Below, one piece after another: positions 19,717 to 27,566 of a stretch of DNA of 64,000 nt (position 1 is its first letter; each line of letters opens with the position of its first letter). Position numbers and translations under genes: made by a program. The DNA lies in the IMG/VR virus record IMGVR_UViG_3300045303_000172, positions 14,289 to 78,288 of that record; one strand, given 5' to 3'. The notes under the pieces were generated by a model that saw only the letters and a program-made list of their open reading frames with translations, was not told where the DNA came from and made no database searches. Source of the DNA: a virus.

Positions 19717-21218
19717 AGGAGCTTAAAACCGTTCATTGCCGCTGTCCCTTGGCCATGCCAGCCGAAATTCGAGCAAAAATAGCGGCCTTCACAGGAAAAG
19801 GCTGCGGCCACGCCCTCAGGCGCGAACCGTATGCCCATGGCTTCGAGTTTCGGCCTCAGCACCCGGCACATATAAATGTCCGACATCGCGGCCATGTCAT
19901 CGTTGGGGTCCGTGAGCGACGAAACCGCCTGTGCGAATCGCTTGCTGAGCAACGCGAACCCGAGGTTGCCAACGCAGTTGTCCTTTGTGCAGGGCGGCAG
20001 GGCTTTGATGTGCGGAGCCCACGGAATCGAGCACTGATCGAACGGCCATGGCCACGGCGCGCCGATGTAATCGTATTGCAGCCATTCTGGGTTCCACGCC
20101 GCTGGGTTCGCTATCCGAGCATCCCACTCGACATGGAGGCAATGACTCGTCTCAAAATGCTTGTGCAATTCGCACGTCAGGAACTTCTCGCGGTCAGCCC
20201 GGTTGCCGCCCTGGATGATCGGTTTGATGCGGACCCCGCGATGATCGCCGCCAGGCAGTTGATTGCCCGGTTTGCAGATCAACACGACTTCCGGCACCTG
20301 CACCATGCGTTGCGAGAACCAAAGAGCTTGCAGCGTCCGCGCCGGGGTGAAGTTATCTACGCCAATGATCGTCACCGGCAATTCCAGGCGTCCAGTTATC
20401 ACCTTCTGATGATGTGAGATCGCTCTTTGGACGGCAGCATTGATCTCGTTGCGGCGGTGCTGGTATTCACCGTAACGCATCGAAAGGACGATGTTGCCAC
20501 CCCGAAGCTTCGGGCCGCACCAAAGGTCCGTTGTGCGCCCGGTTGGGCTATCGGCGTAATCCCGCAGCAGGGCAATGGTGGGTGTCTTGCTGGCAGCGGC
20601 GAGGTGCAAGGTGCTTGTGTCCACCGTCACAAGGCAAATCGCGTTGTCGATCAGTCCGAGCAAATCGAAAATCTTCGCCGCTTTGAACCGGCGCATGTCC
20701 ACGACAACCGCCTCGTTCACCCAGCGCGTTTGCAGTTCGGTCAAAAGCTGGTCCTCGGCATGGAACTTCCCGGAGATACCACGGGTGTTGACCAGAATGT
20801 AAGGTCGCCCCCGCAGCCGCAGGGATTCCATGAGCTTGTGCTCGCGCTCATGGGAACGCCGGTCGATGACGAGCTTCAACTCCGGGTCGCTCCAGCGGTC
20901 GAGGAAACCACAGTTGTGCCACTGGTCCATGTTGAAAGCCTCACAGACACGCTGACGAGCGCGGGAACTGTCGGCAACCTGGGCGACGATGACGCGCTCG
21001 AACTTCCCGTTGAGCGTCACGGCAGCAGTGTGCGGCTGCATCATGTCACCTTCCCAGCGGACGGCTTCGACGTAGGAGACACCTTCCATCAAGTCCATGA
21101 ACTCGCGGTGAACGAGCATGGCGACTTTCCCGCCTTCCTCCTTGGCGATGGCGTGTGCCACCGGGAGAAGGTTCAGGATGTCGCCGTAGCGGCCGAGCTG
21201 GACAAGGCAGGTCTTCAC
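19713..21218 (-). CDS. GT9-like glycosyltransferase fused to a DUF5672-like domain
   Basis: LGRYGDI and VTVDTSTLHLAAA (GT9); VEWDA...WLQYDYIGAPW...VGNLGFALLSK (DUF5672-like); GTG start overlaps upstream TGA. Confidence 0.8.
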   Translation of the reverse strand: MKTCLVQLGRYGDILNLLPVAHAIAKEEGGKVAMLVHREFMDLMEGVSYVEAVRWEGDMMQPHTAAVTLNGKFERVIVAQVADSSRARQRVCEAFNMDQWHNCGFLDRWSDPELKLVIDRRSHEREHKLMESLRLRGRPYILVNTRGISGKFHAEDQLLTELQTRWVNEAVVVDMRRFKAAKIFDLLGLIDNAICLVTVDTSTLHLAAASKTPTIALLRDYADSPTGRTTDLWCGPKLRGGNIVLSMRYGEYQHRRNEINAAVQRAISHHQKVITGRLELPVTIIGVDNFTPARTLQALWFSQRMVQVPEVVLICKPGNQLPGGDHRGVRIKPIIQGGNRADREKFLTCELHKHFETSHCLHVEWDARIANPAAWNPEWLQYDYIGAPWPWPFDQCSIPWAPHIKALPPCTKDNCVGNLGFALLSKRFAQAVSSLTDPNDDMAAMSDIYMCRVLRPKLEAMGIRFAPEGVAAAFSCEGRYFCSNFGWHGQGTAAMNGFKLL

Positions 21219-21592
21219 TTCTGATTCGTGCCTTCGACGCCGCGCGCCATTCGATCTCGCGTCCGCTTCTGGAGCCATTGCAGCCCGGTTTCGATGTGGG
21301 TCAACGCGATGGTGTTCTCGCGGGATTTGAACGGGCCTTCACCGAACATCCGAAGCCGGTCAATTACGACGGCGAGGAGTGCTTCCTGCGAGATGCCGTT
21401 GAACCCCGCCTCTTTGACGGGGCCGTTTTGAAATGAGATGCGCCAGCAGTTTACTACTCCTGGCTTGCTCGCTTCCGGTGCGAGCATGATTTCGTACTCG
21501 TGGCAAGCTCCGCCCTGCCCCGGCTCGTCCAGGACATTGATTTCGATAGCTTCATTTAAGCCGCTGACCTTGTGGTCTGTGAGATTTCGCAT
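21215..21592 (-). CDS. tad1: Tad1-family anti-defence sponge protein (binds Thoeris/CBASS signals)
   Basis: GQGGACHEY...ISFQNGP...NG...LLAVVIDRL..F..GPFKSREN..ALTHIE..L.WL..RT.DR..RGVEGT matches the Tad1 pattern over the full 125 aa. Confidence 0.85.
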   Translation of the reverse strand: MRNLTDHKVSGLNEAIEINVLDEPGQGGACHEYEIMLAPEASKPGVVNCWRISFQNGPVKEAGFNGISQEALLAVVIDRLRMFGEGPFKSRENTIALTHIETGLQWLQKRTRDRMARGVEGTNQK

Positions 21593-22278
21593 AGGTCGAT
21601 GAGGTTTATTGTTCCGTCGGTCACGCTTTGAAATCCATCTCGCTCAAATCTGCAATTTGCGAGGCTCAGTGAGGTTTCCTGCACGATGGGCTTCTTCAAC
21701 CCCTCCGCAATAGCGCACGGGCAGCTCTGGTTTCCAACGAACAAATCCGCGCCCGCAATCACTTCTGCCACTTCGAGCAGGTTCGCCGTTTTGAGCCGTC
21801 GCACGTAGCCGAACTGGGCGGTAAAGTTCCAATACTCTTCGAGCGTGCCGACAAACGCCGTTTGGTCACGGTATTTGTCCACGACCGCTTGCCACGGAAA
21901 CAGCGGGTTACGATACCTCGCTGTCCGGTTGAAGATCACGCGGGCGACTCGCCGGGGATTTGGAACCGTGAGCCACGGAAGGTTGATCACGTCGTCAGGC
22001 AATCCGAACGCTCGGCAATGGCGCGAGGCGATGTTGTCCTCTTGGGTGCCGACACCGCGAAAGGCGTCGAGGTTGTGGGAGATGTATTCGCCGTCGTGGA
22101 GTCCAACGAAGTTCAGGTAAGGCTGAGTGTTGAGCAGATCGAAAATGTTCCAGAGATTTGGCGGCTGACGCGTCCACGGTGCCGTAGTGAGGTAAAGATC
22201 ACCGCCACCCATGAGGCGAATGCAGGGTAAGGACCAAATTAAATCACCAGCATCCCCGGAATGTGAGAAGGACCGCAT
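21556..22278 (-). CDS. GT9-like (GT-B fold) glycosyltransferase
   Basis: HSGDAGDLIWSLP; NLLEVAEVIAGADLFVGNQS..AIAEGL. Confidence 0.8.
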   Translation of the reverse strand: MRSFSHSGDAGDLIWSLPCIRLMGGGDLYLTTAPWTRQPPNLWNIFDLLNTQPYLNFVGLHDGEYISHNLDAFRGVGTQEDNIASRHCRAFGLPDDVINLPWLTVPNPRRVARVIFNRTARYRNPLFPWQAVVDKYRDQTAFVGTLEEYWNFTAQFGYVRRLKTANLLEVAEVIAGADLFVGNQSCPCAIAEGLKKPIVQETSLSLANCRFERDGFQSVTDGTINLIDLCEISQTTRSAA

Positions 22279-22667
22279 TACTTCCCCTTCGCCGAACTTG
22301 GTTTGATTATTTCCTCGATCTTGTCGGCAAGTTCCTTGGCAAGATCAGGCGCAGAATTCCCATACTGGTAACTTCGGAAAGCACTGACTATCCCAGCTGC
22401 CATGTCTCGAAGTTGGGCGTTTCCGGCAGCTTCGATGGTGCGAAAGTCTTCGTTAAAAACCGCCCTTTCAAGATCAAATCCGAGCGCTTTGGCAACAGTT
22501 TCGCCGCCTTGTGCGGCATGGATTTTATCATTAGGTTCAGCACCGTAGGTCGTCGTATGGAGTCTTCCGTGCTCCCGATTCCACGCACAGATAATCACAA
22601 TCTGTTTATCGAACGCCCGTGCGATCTTTCGCGCTTCCTCGACAGGGATTGAAAGGTAAGGATTCAC
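22278..22667 (-). CDS. hypothetical phage protein
   Basis: Coupled ORF; IPVEEARKIA...H.TTYG motif. Confidence 0.6.
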   Translation of the reverse strand: MNPYLSIPVEEARKIARAFDKQIVIICAWNREHGRLHTTTYGAEPNDKIHAAQGGETVAKALGFDLERAVFNEDFRTIEAAGNAQLRDMAAGIVSAFRSYQYGNSAPDLAKELADKIEEIIKPSSAKGK

Positions 22668-22927
22668 TTTGATTTGCCCTTCGCCGGAGTCGGCCAGTAG
22701 CGCCAGCGGTTTCCAATTCCGGGCTCGCGCCTCACAAGCCCCAAAGCCCTCAGCCGCTCCAGTCGATTATTGACCGCAGAAACGCCCGCACGCGAATGAA
22801 CCATCGCGTCGTATTCAGGGGCGGTGCGGCCTGGATAGCGCGTGACCAGCGAGAGTTCCCCAAATAGAGCAGGCGTCAAAACCAAATGAGGTTCTGCACC
22901 GTTACGTTTGCAGGTTGGGCAGGTCAC
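22664..22927 (-). CDS. small winged-helix DNA-binding protein
   Basis: SAVNNRLERLRALGLVRRE...WRYW. Confidence 0.6.
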   Translation of the reverse strand: MTCPTCKRNGAEPHLVLTPALFGELSLVTRYPGRTAPEYDAMVHSRAGVSAVNNRLERLRALGLVRREPGIGNRWRYWPTPAKGKSK

Positions 22928-22971
22928 GCGGCGAACTCTTCACCAAAAGGCGTGAGACTGCAAGAAGTATT

Positions 22972-24660
22972 TTAAGCGGGCAACGGATTCTCTTGGTCGA
23001 AGTCGTCGAAGAACAGCACGATGCTCGTGTCCAAGTTCTCCAACTTCACGTCGTCAATGAGGGGGCCGACTGTTCGCACCCAAGCGCTAATCGGTTCTGG
23101 CTGTAGCGCCTTGATGATAATCGGTGCCGATGTCGAACCCGGTGACGAGAAATCGAAGATGTATTCCGTGAGCGGCTGCTGCCAGTTCGCAACCATAACA
23201 GTTTGCACGAGCAGAGTGCCGATGGTGATCTTGATGCCCATCGGCGGTCCGGCGTAAATCAGGTTGCCGCTGACTTTAAGCGAGAATCGGTAGCGCCCAG
23301 GGCCAAGTGTGAACGTGCGCTTGGTTTCAATTGTGCCCAGCGTGTTCTTCTCAGCGGGTCGCGGGTGCAACAGATCGGTGCCTACCATGTCCACATACAT
23401 CCCGTGCCCAGGCTGGAGCGGCCACAAGTCGATGCCGATCAAGTCCACGAACCCGCGTGTGACATTCCAGTTGATGAACCCGTTGTAGTCCAATTGATCG
23501 CGGTAACGCACAGGGGCAGGCGGGCCTACCACAGGCGCGACGTAGTAGACGCACCCGGCATTCTGAATCGCGCACAAGCTGCTCAGGCAGGCGGAAAAGG
23601 CATTGGCCAAATCGTTCAGGTCTTCGACCCCGAAGAACAAGTTGCAGGTGACGAGCGCACGGACGTAATCCCAAGTCGTGCCGCCACTCGGGAGAATGGA
23701 GCACGGATGGTAAAAGAACGGCGGACCCGTTACGATCCCGGCAATCTCGATGTTGGCGGCGACAAGTTCAGCAGCGACGACGGGCGGGTCTGGCTGGCAG
23801 AACACTTCGTAACCGAGCCCGATGTAAACGACCAGCTTGCGGGTGTTCGCTCGCCCGTGATCAATCAACTCCTGGTGCGCTCGCGCCAAGCCGGCGCCGA
23901 TGCCGGTAGCGCACTCGGTATTGTGCTGACCTGGTGCGGTGTCGTAGTAGCAGTTGCCTGTGTGCACATTGTCGGTCGCGGCGAGGATCGCGCTCGGAAC
24001 ATGGCTCAAGCGCATGTGCAGCGTCGAATCCGGCGTGTAAGGCGTCACTTGGCCTTCCCGGTAGATGCCAGCGCAGGACACAACGGCAATCTGATCTTTG
24101 CCGTCCGTGAGGTAGGCGCTTGATACCAAAGCCGTGGCTGCTCGCTTGGCCAGTTCGAGGATCGTCAATCCGCCCGGTGTCGGGTTGCCATCGGTCGTCA
24201 TCTTGTCGGCCATCCCTGCCGAACGGTCAAACACAAGGACGATATCGAGCCCAGCCTGAACGCAGTGAGCGATCACGTCGAGTTGCGCGATGTCCACCAA
24301 ACCCTTGTAACGCGCCTGGACATTGGTGCTGCCGACAGCCAACCCTGCGGCAAGCCCAGTCGGGTCCACGGTCGCAATGCTCGTGTCGGTCGTCGTCCAG
24401 GTCGAACCGTCCGTCACGTCTTTGGTCAGCCCGTTGGAAAAGACCAACTGCGCGGCAAATGGAACGGCACCCCCGACGTCCACTTCGCCAATGTCAGGAA
24501 CGACGTGCAAGGAAACGATGCTGGCCGCGCCGGGACACGTCTCGGGATGATTAGCCGCCCATTCCAGGTCGAGACAGCGCGGGTCGATGCCGGCACACTT
24601 CCCGGCCACCGTTGACGGCGGAACGACGCAGGGCGCATTGCTGAGATCGTTGAAATTCAT
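22972..24660 (-). CDS. virion protein: Ig-like (Big_2), vWA and C-terminal beta-sandwich domains
   Basis: KDVT...WTTTDTSIATVD.TGLA.G...G.T.V.A.Y (Big_2); DIVLVFDRSAGM (vWA MIDAS-like); 14 Cys. Confidence 0.8.
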   Translation of the reverse strand: MNFNDLSNAPCVVPPSTVAGKCAGIDPRCLDLEWAANHPETCPGAASIVSLHVVPDIGEVDVGGAVPFAAQLVFSNGLTKDVTDGSTWTTTDTSIATVDPTGLAAGLAVGSTNVQARYKGLVDIAQLDVIAHCVQAGLDIVLVFDRSAGMADKMTTDGNPTPGGLTILELAKRAATALVSSAYLTDGKDQIAVVSCAGIYREGQVTPYTPDSTLHMRLSHVPSAILAATDNVHTGNCYYDTAPGQHNTECATGIGAGLARAHQELIDHGRANTRKLVVYIGLGYEVFCQPDPPVVAAELVAANIEIAGIVTGPPFFYHPCSILPSGGTTWDYVRALVTCNLFFGVEDLNDLANAFSACLSSLCAIQNAGCVYYVAPVVGPPAPVRYRDQLDYNGFINWNVTRGFVDLIGIDLWPLQPGHGMYVDMVGTDLLHPRPAEKNTLGTIETKRTFTLGPGRYRFSLKVSGNLIYAGPPMGIKITIGTLLVQTVMVANWQQPLTEYIFDFSSPGSTSAPIIIKALQPEPISAWVRTVGPLIDDVKLENLDTSIVLFFDDFDQENPLPA

Positions 24661-26270
24661 TTAGTCAGCGCCAAGGTGTCGATGATTGACCCGGCGACAT
24701 TGAAGAACTCCAGCGTCAGCGTCGTGCAGGTCGCCGTGAGCTTGATCGCCCCGAAAGAGGCGTCATACCGGACTAGGCTGCCTGGCGCGATGGTGGGACC
24801 GTAGGGCACGAGAGCCGCCCCGCCTGCCCCGCAGATGGCGTAGTTCTGGTCATCCACCGAAAGCCGCTCGTAATGGTGCTCGTGCCCGTTCATCACAATA
24901 TCAACGCCCTTGACCCAATCCAGAACAGGTAATGGCTCATGGGCGTACGGGCTCGCCTTGGCCGGGTGATGGACGACAGCGGCTTTCCACGGTGACAAGG
25001 ACGTGGCCACGCGGTTCCTGAACCAAGAGGCCTGTGTGCTCAGGGCATCGTTGCCAGCCGGTTCAGTCGTCGGGTCCATGGCGGTGTTGATGCCGTCATT
25101 GAGGATAAAGAAATGAATCGGCCCGATTACGATGTCATAGAAACGGTCGTTGCTCGGCGTGAGCCCACTGAAATAGGCGAGATACTCGGCCAGCCGGTCG
25201 ATGTCGTGGTTGCCGAGCGCAGGCCAGAACATATTGGCCGTCGCGTCCGTTTCGCCTGCCCAGAGCGGTTCGGAGCCCGGATACGGGTACATGAACTTCC
25301 GGTAGAACGCGCCGACAGCCTGGTCGTAGGTGAGTCCGCCGTTGTCAGGGTAATTATTGTCTCCGAGCGTCACGACACCAGCCGGGTTCCAACTCTTGAC
25401 GAGGGTCGCCACTGCCCGCTCGTTGTCGTCGCCGCTGCCGTAATCGCCAAAAGCAGCAACCACAACCGGCACTTCCGCTGTCTCTGGGTTGTTGTCCTCC
25501 AGGCGATGAAACCAAAGGTATTCGCGCTCGGCGGGGCACGATTCCGCCTTGGGCAAACGGTTCTCCTGGTCGCAGTCGTAGATCAGATCGGCGCGGGCAT
25601 CGGCGAAAGCCTGTTGGAACTCCTTTTTGCCGGCAAAATCGCGTTCGAAGTCTCGAGAGAACTCCGCCTGCACGTAGAGTTTGATCGTGCGCTTCAAGTC
25701 CTGCTCGTCCGGGAACAGGTCAGTGTCCGCGAACTTCCGCTTGAGCCCGTCCCATTCGACGACGACAGATTCGAGGCTCTGGATCCAGGGTGCCACGTAC
25801 ATCCGCTCCCGGTCCCATGAGTATTGCCCAACGATGGCGCGGCCAAAGGGCGAGTCTGTAGTCGCGTCGGCGAAGCGGAAGCCCATCGGTAGCTCGGGCA
25901 TCCCGATGTTGGCCGGCGGAGTCACGCGTTCCAGGAACTTCCGGGACCAACAATAAATCTGCTCGATGGTGGCGGGCGTCAGCGTCACCGGGTCGCAGAA
26001 ATCGCCTTGGAACGTGCGGACCCTGCGGATCTTGCCGCGGGGCTTATCGAACACCGTCAGCCCACATTGGAAGTAAGTGGCGCATTGGGCGAAGACATCG
26101 ACGTGCCACGATTGCAGGCAGGTGACGTACCGCTGGATGTCGATAAAGGCGTCCTCGAAGCTTTTGTCGATGGGTGAAACGAGGTTTTCCGGGACACCGT
26201 TCGGCCAGATCAGAGCTTTCAGCTCAGTCTTGAGTGCTCCGAAGGAGATTTTAGGGCCGAGGTCGTACAC
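24657..26270 (-). CDS. putative head-tail adaptor (tail tubular A-like) fused to a purple-acid-phosphatase-type metallophosphoesterase
   Basis: N-terminal SFGALKTELK...IDI adaptor-like half at the expected position; C-terminal FGDYG, LGDNNY, GNHD, VVHH, GHEH motifs. Confidence 0.75.
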   Translation of the reverse strand: MYDLGPKISFGALKTELKALIWPNGVPENLVSPIDKSFEDAFIDIQRYVTCLQSWHVDVFAQCATYFQCGLTVFDKPRGKIRRVRTFQGDFCDPVTLTPATIEQIYCWSRKFLERVTPPANIGMPELPMGFRFADATTDSPFGRAIVGQYSWDRERMYVAPWIQSLESVVVEWDGLKRKFADTDLFPDEQDLKRTIKLYVQAEFSRDFERDFAGKKEFQQAFADARADLIYDCDQENRLPKAESCPAEREYLWFHRLEDNNPETAEVPVVVAAFGDYGSGDDNERAVATLVKSWNPAGVVTLGDNNYPDNGGLTYDQAVGAFYRKFMYPYPGSEPLWAGETDATANMFWPALGNHDIDRLAEYLAYFSGLTPSNDRFYDIVIGPIHFFILNDGINTAMDPTTEPAGNDALSTQASWFRNRVATSLSPWKAAVVHHPAKASPYAHEPLPVLDWVKGVDIVMNGHEHHYERLSVDDQNYAICGAGGAALVPYGPTIAPGSLVRYDASFGAIKLTATCTTLTLEFFNVAGSIIDTLALTK

Positions 26271-26273
26271 AAA

Positions 26274-26612
26274 TCAGGCTGGCTCGTAAGTCGCTGCAAA
26301 GATGCCTGGCTTGCATGGGTAACGCTCGCCTTTTACTCCGGTAATTACCCAATCGCCCGGGCAGACAATATGTCCACCTTCTAGGGTGTCGATCCAGCCG
26401 TGATGTCTCATTCCTTTAGTGCAGTAGTCGCATGTGAGCTTACCACTCCCATCCGGACGGCGAAAATAACGGACTACGGCTCCTTCTCGCGGCTCAGTTG
26501 GATTGTGCCCGGTATCTTCAAATGGTCGCCAAACATTGTCTTCCGGGTGGTCGCCATTTTTGAACCATTGCGTTGCCTCGACCACTACTGGCTTCTTTCG
26601 GAATTTTGCCAT
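26274..26612 (-). CDS. conserved phage protein (RKKPV...TLEG...PGDW...YPCKP family)
   Basis: MAKFRKKPVVVEATQW...IDTLEGGHIVCPGDWVITGVKGERYPCKPGIFAATYE. Confidence 0.8.
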   Translation of the reverse strand: MAKFRKKPVVVEATQWFKNGDHPEDNVWRPFEDTGHNPTEPREGAVVRYFRRPDGSGKLTCDYCTKGMRHHGWIDTLEGGHIVCPGDWVITGVKGERYPCKPGIFAATYEPA

Positions 26613-26623
26613 GACGTTTTAGG

Positions 26624-27037
26624 CTACGGACGTCGCCCGACGTTCGGGGGCTTGACGGGAGGTTTGGCCGCTGCCGTGGTTGGTGCCGGTGGTGGAGTTG
26701 GTTTAGGCACCGCCGCAGCCGCCGCAGCCGCCCCCGGTTCGCCTGGGTTGTGCCGCTTGAGCATGGTGTCCTGTGCTATGCCCCCGCCAATTTCCTGTCG
26801 CCAACCGGGATTTGATGGCATCGACATTAATTTTTTTTTATCACCTTGATACTCAGTTTCCGTGACGGAGAAAACGCCGCCCCGGTGTTCCTTCTCCAGC
26901 TTCGTCAGGGCGTCGATTTCAGCCTGGTTCTCGGTCTGATAGAAGCCAATCCGACCGTCGCGAGGCTCGAATTGGATATGGGAACCGTCGGGGAGGTAGA
27001 TGGGTGTTTTGGGGACTTCTTTTTTCCAAAAGGTCAT
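26624..27037 (-). CDS. hypothetical head-region protein with an internal A9 tract and Pro/Ala tail
   Basis: ORF after the capsid block; A9 run at 26831-26839. Confidence 0.65.
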   Translation of the reverse strand: MTFWKKEVPKTPIYLPDGSHIQFEPRDGRIGFYQTENQAEIDALTKLEKEHRGGVFSVTETEYQGDKKKLMSMPSNPGWRQEIGGGIAQDTMLKRHNPGEPGAAAAAAAVPKPTPPPAPTTAAAKPPVKPPNVGRRP

Positions 27038-27082
27038 AAAGGTTTCAAACTTATGCGCCTACGGCTGGCTGTTCGCAAGACT

Positions 27083-27111
27083 AAACGAAAACGGCTGGCC
27101 GAAGCCAGCCG
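27083..27111 (-). terminator. rho-independent terminator
   Basis: CGGCTGGC-TTCG-GCCAGCCG followed by TTTTCGTTT on the minus strand, downstream of the capsid and the next gene. Confidence 0.8.
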
Positions 27112-27147
27112 CCCACCTCACACGCTCACACCCAATGAGCGGAAGCT

Positions 27148-27528
27148 TTATGGAACTGGCGGAGCGTTCGTATTGAGCGCGAACCATCTACCTACCAGTG
27201 TCCCGGAACTGTTTGTAATCCCCGGAACCGCAAACACCGTGTTGGCGTTTGTCGTGGTCAGTGCTGTGCCGCTCCAGAGCAGGAAACCACCGCTGCCGTC
27301 GTAATTCGTGGAGCCACCACGGATGAGAGCGGCACCGAATTGAATCGGCGTTGGCCCATCGGCAAGCAACGCGGCAAGGCTCGGGTAAACCGGGAAGGCG
27401 TACTGCACCTCCCGCGGCTGATGCGTGGACGCTGGCTGGGCATCGTTCTTCCGATCCAGTAAACCAGCCATGAGGAAGGCGCAGACTGCGGCCAGCAAGA
27501 TACCGGCGATCAATTTTGGAGTCTTCAT
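27148..27528 (-). CDS. signal-peptide/TM-bearing protein with tailspike-N-like motif, possible decoration protein
   Basis: MKTPKLIAGILLAAVCAFLMAG; YPSLAAL...YDGSGGFLLW...GRW; lies between the capsid gene and the terminator. Confidence 0.6.
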   Translation of the reverse strand: MKTPKLIAGILLAAVCAFLMAGLLDRKNDAQPASTHQPREVQYAFPVYPSLAALLADGPTPIQFGAALIRGGSTNYDGSGGFLLWSGTALTTTNANTVFAVPGITNSSGTLVGRWFALNTNAPPVP

Positions 27529-27566
27529 AGATTCTACTTAGATGCTAGTTAGGGGCTAATTGAGTT

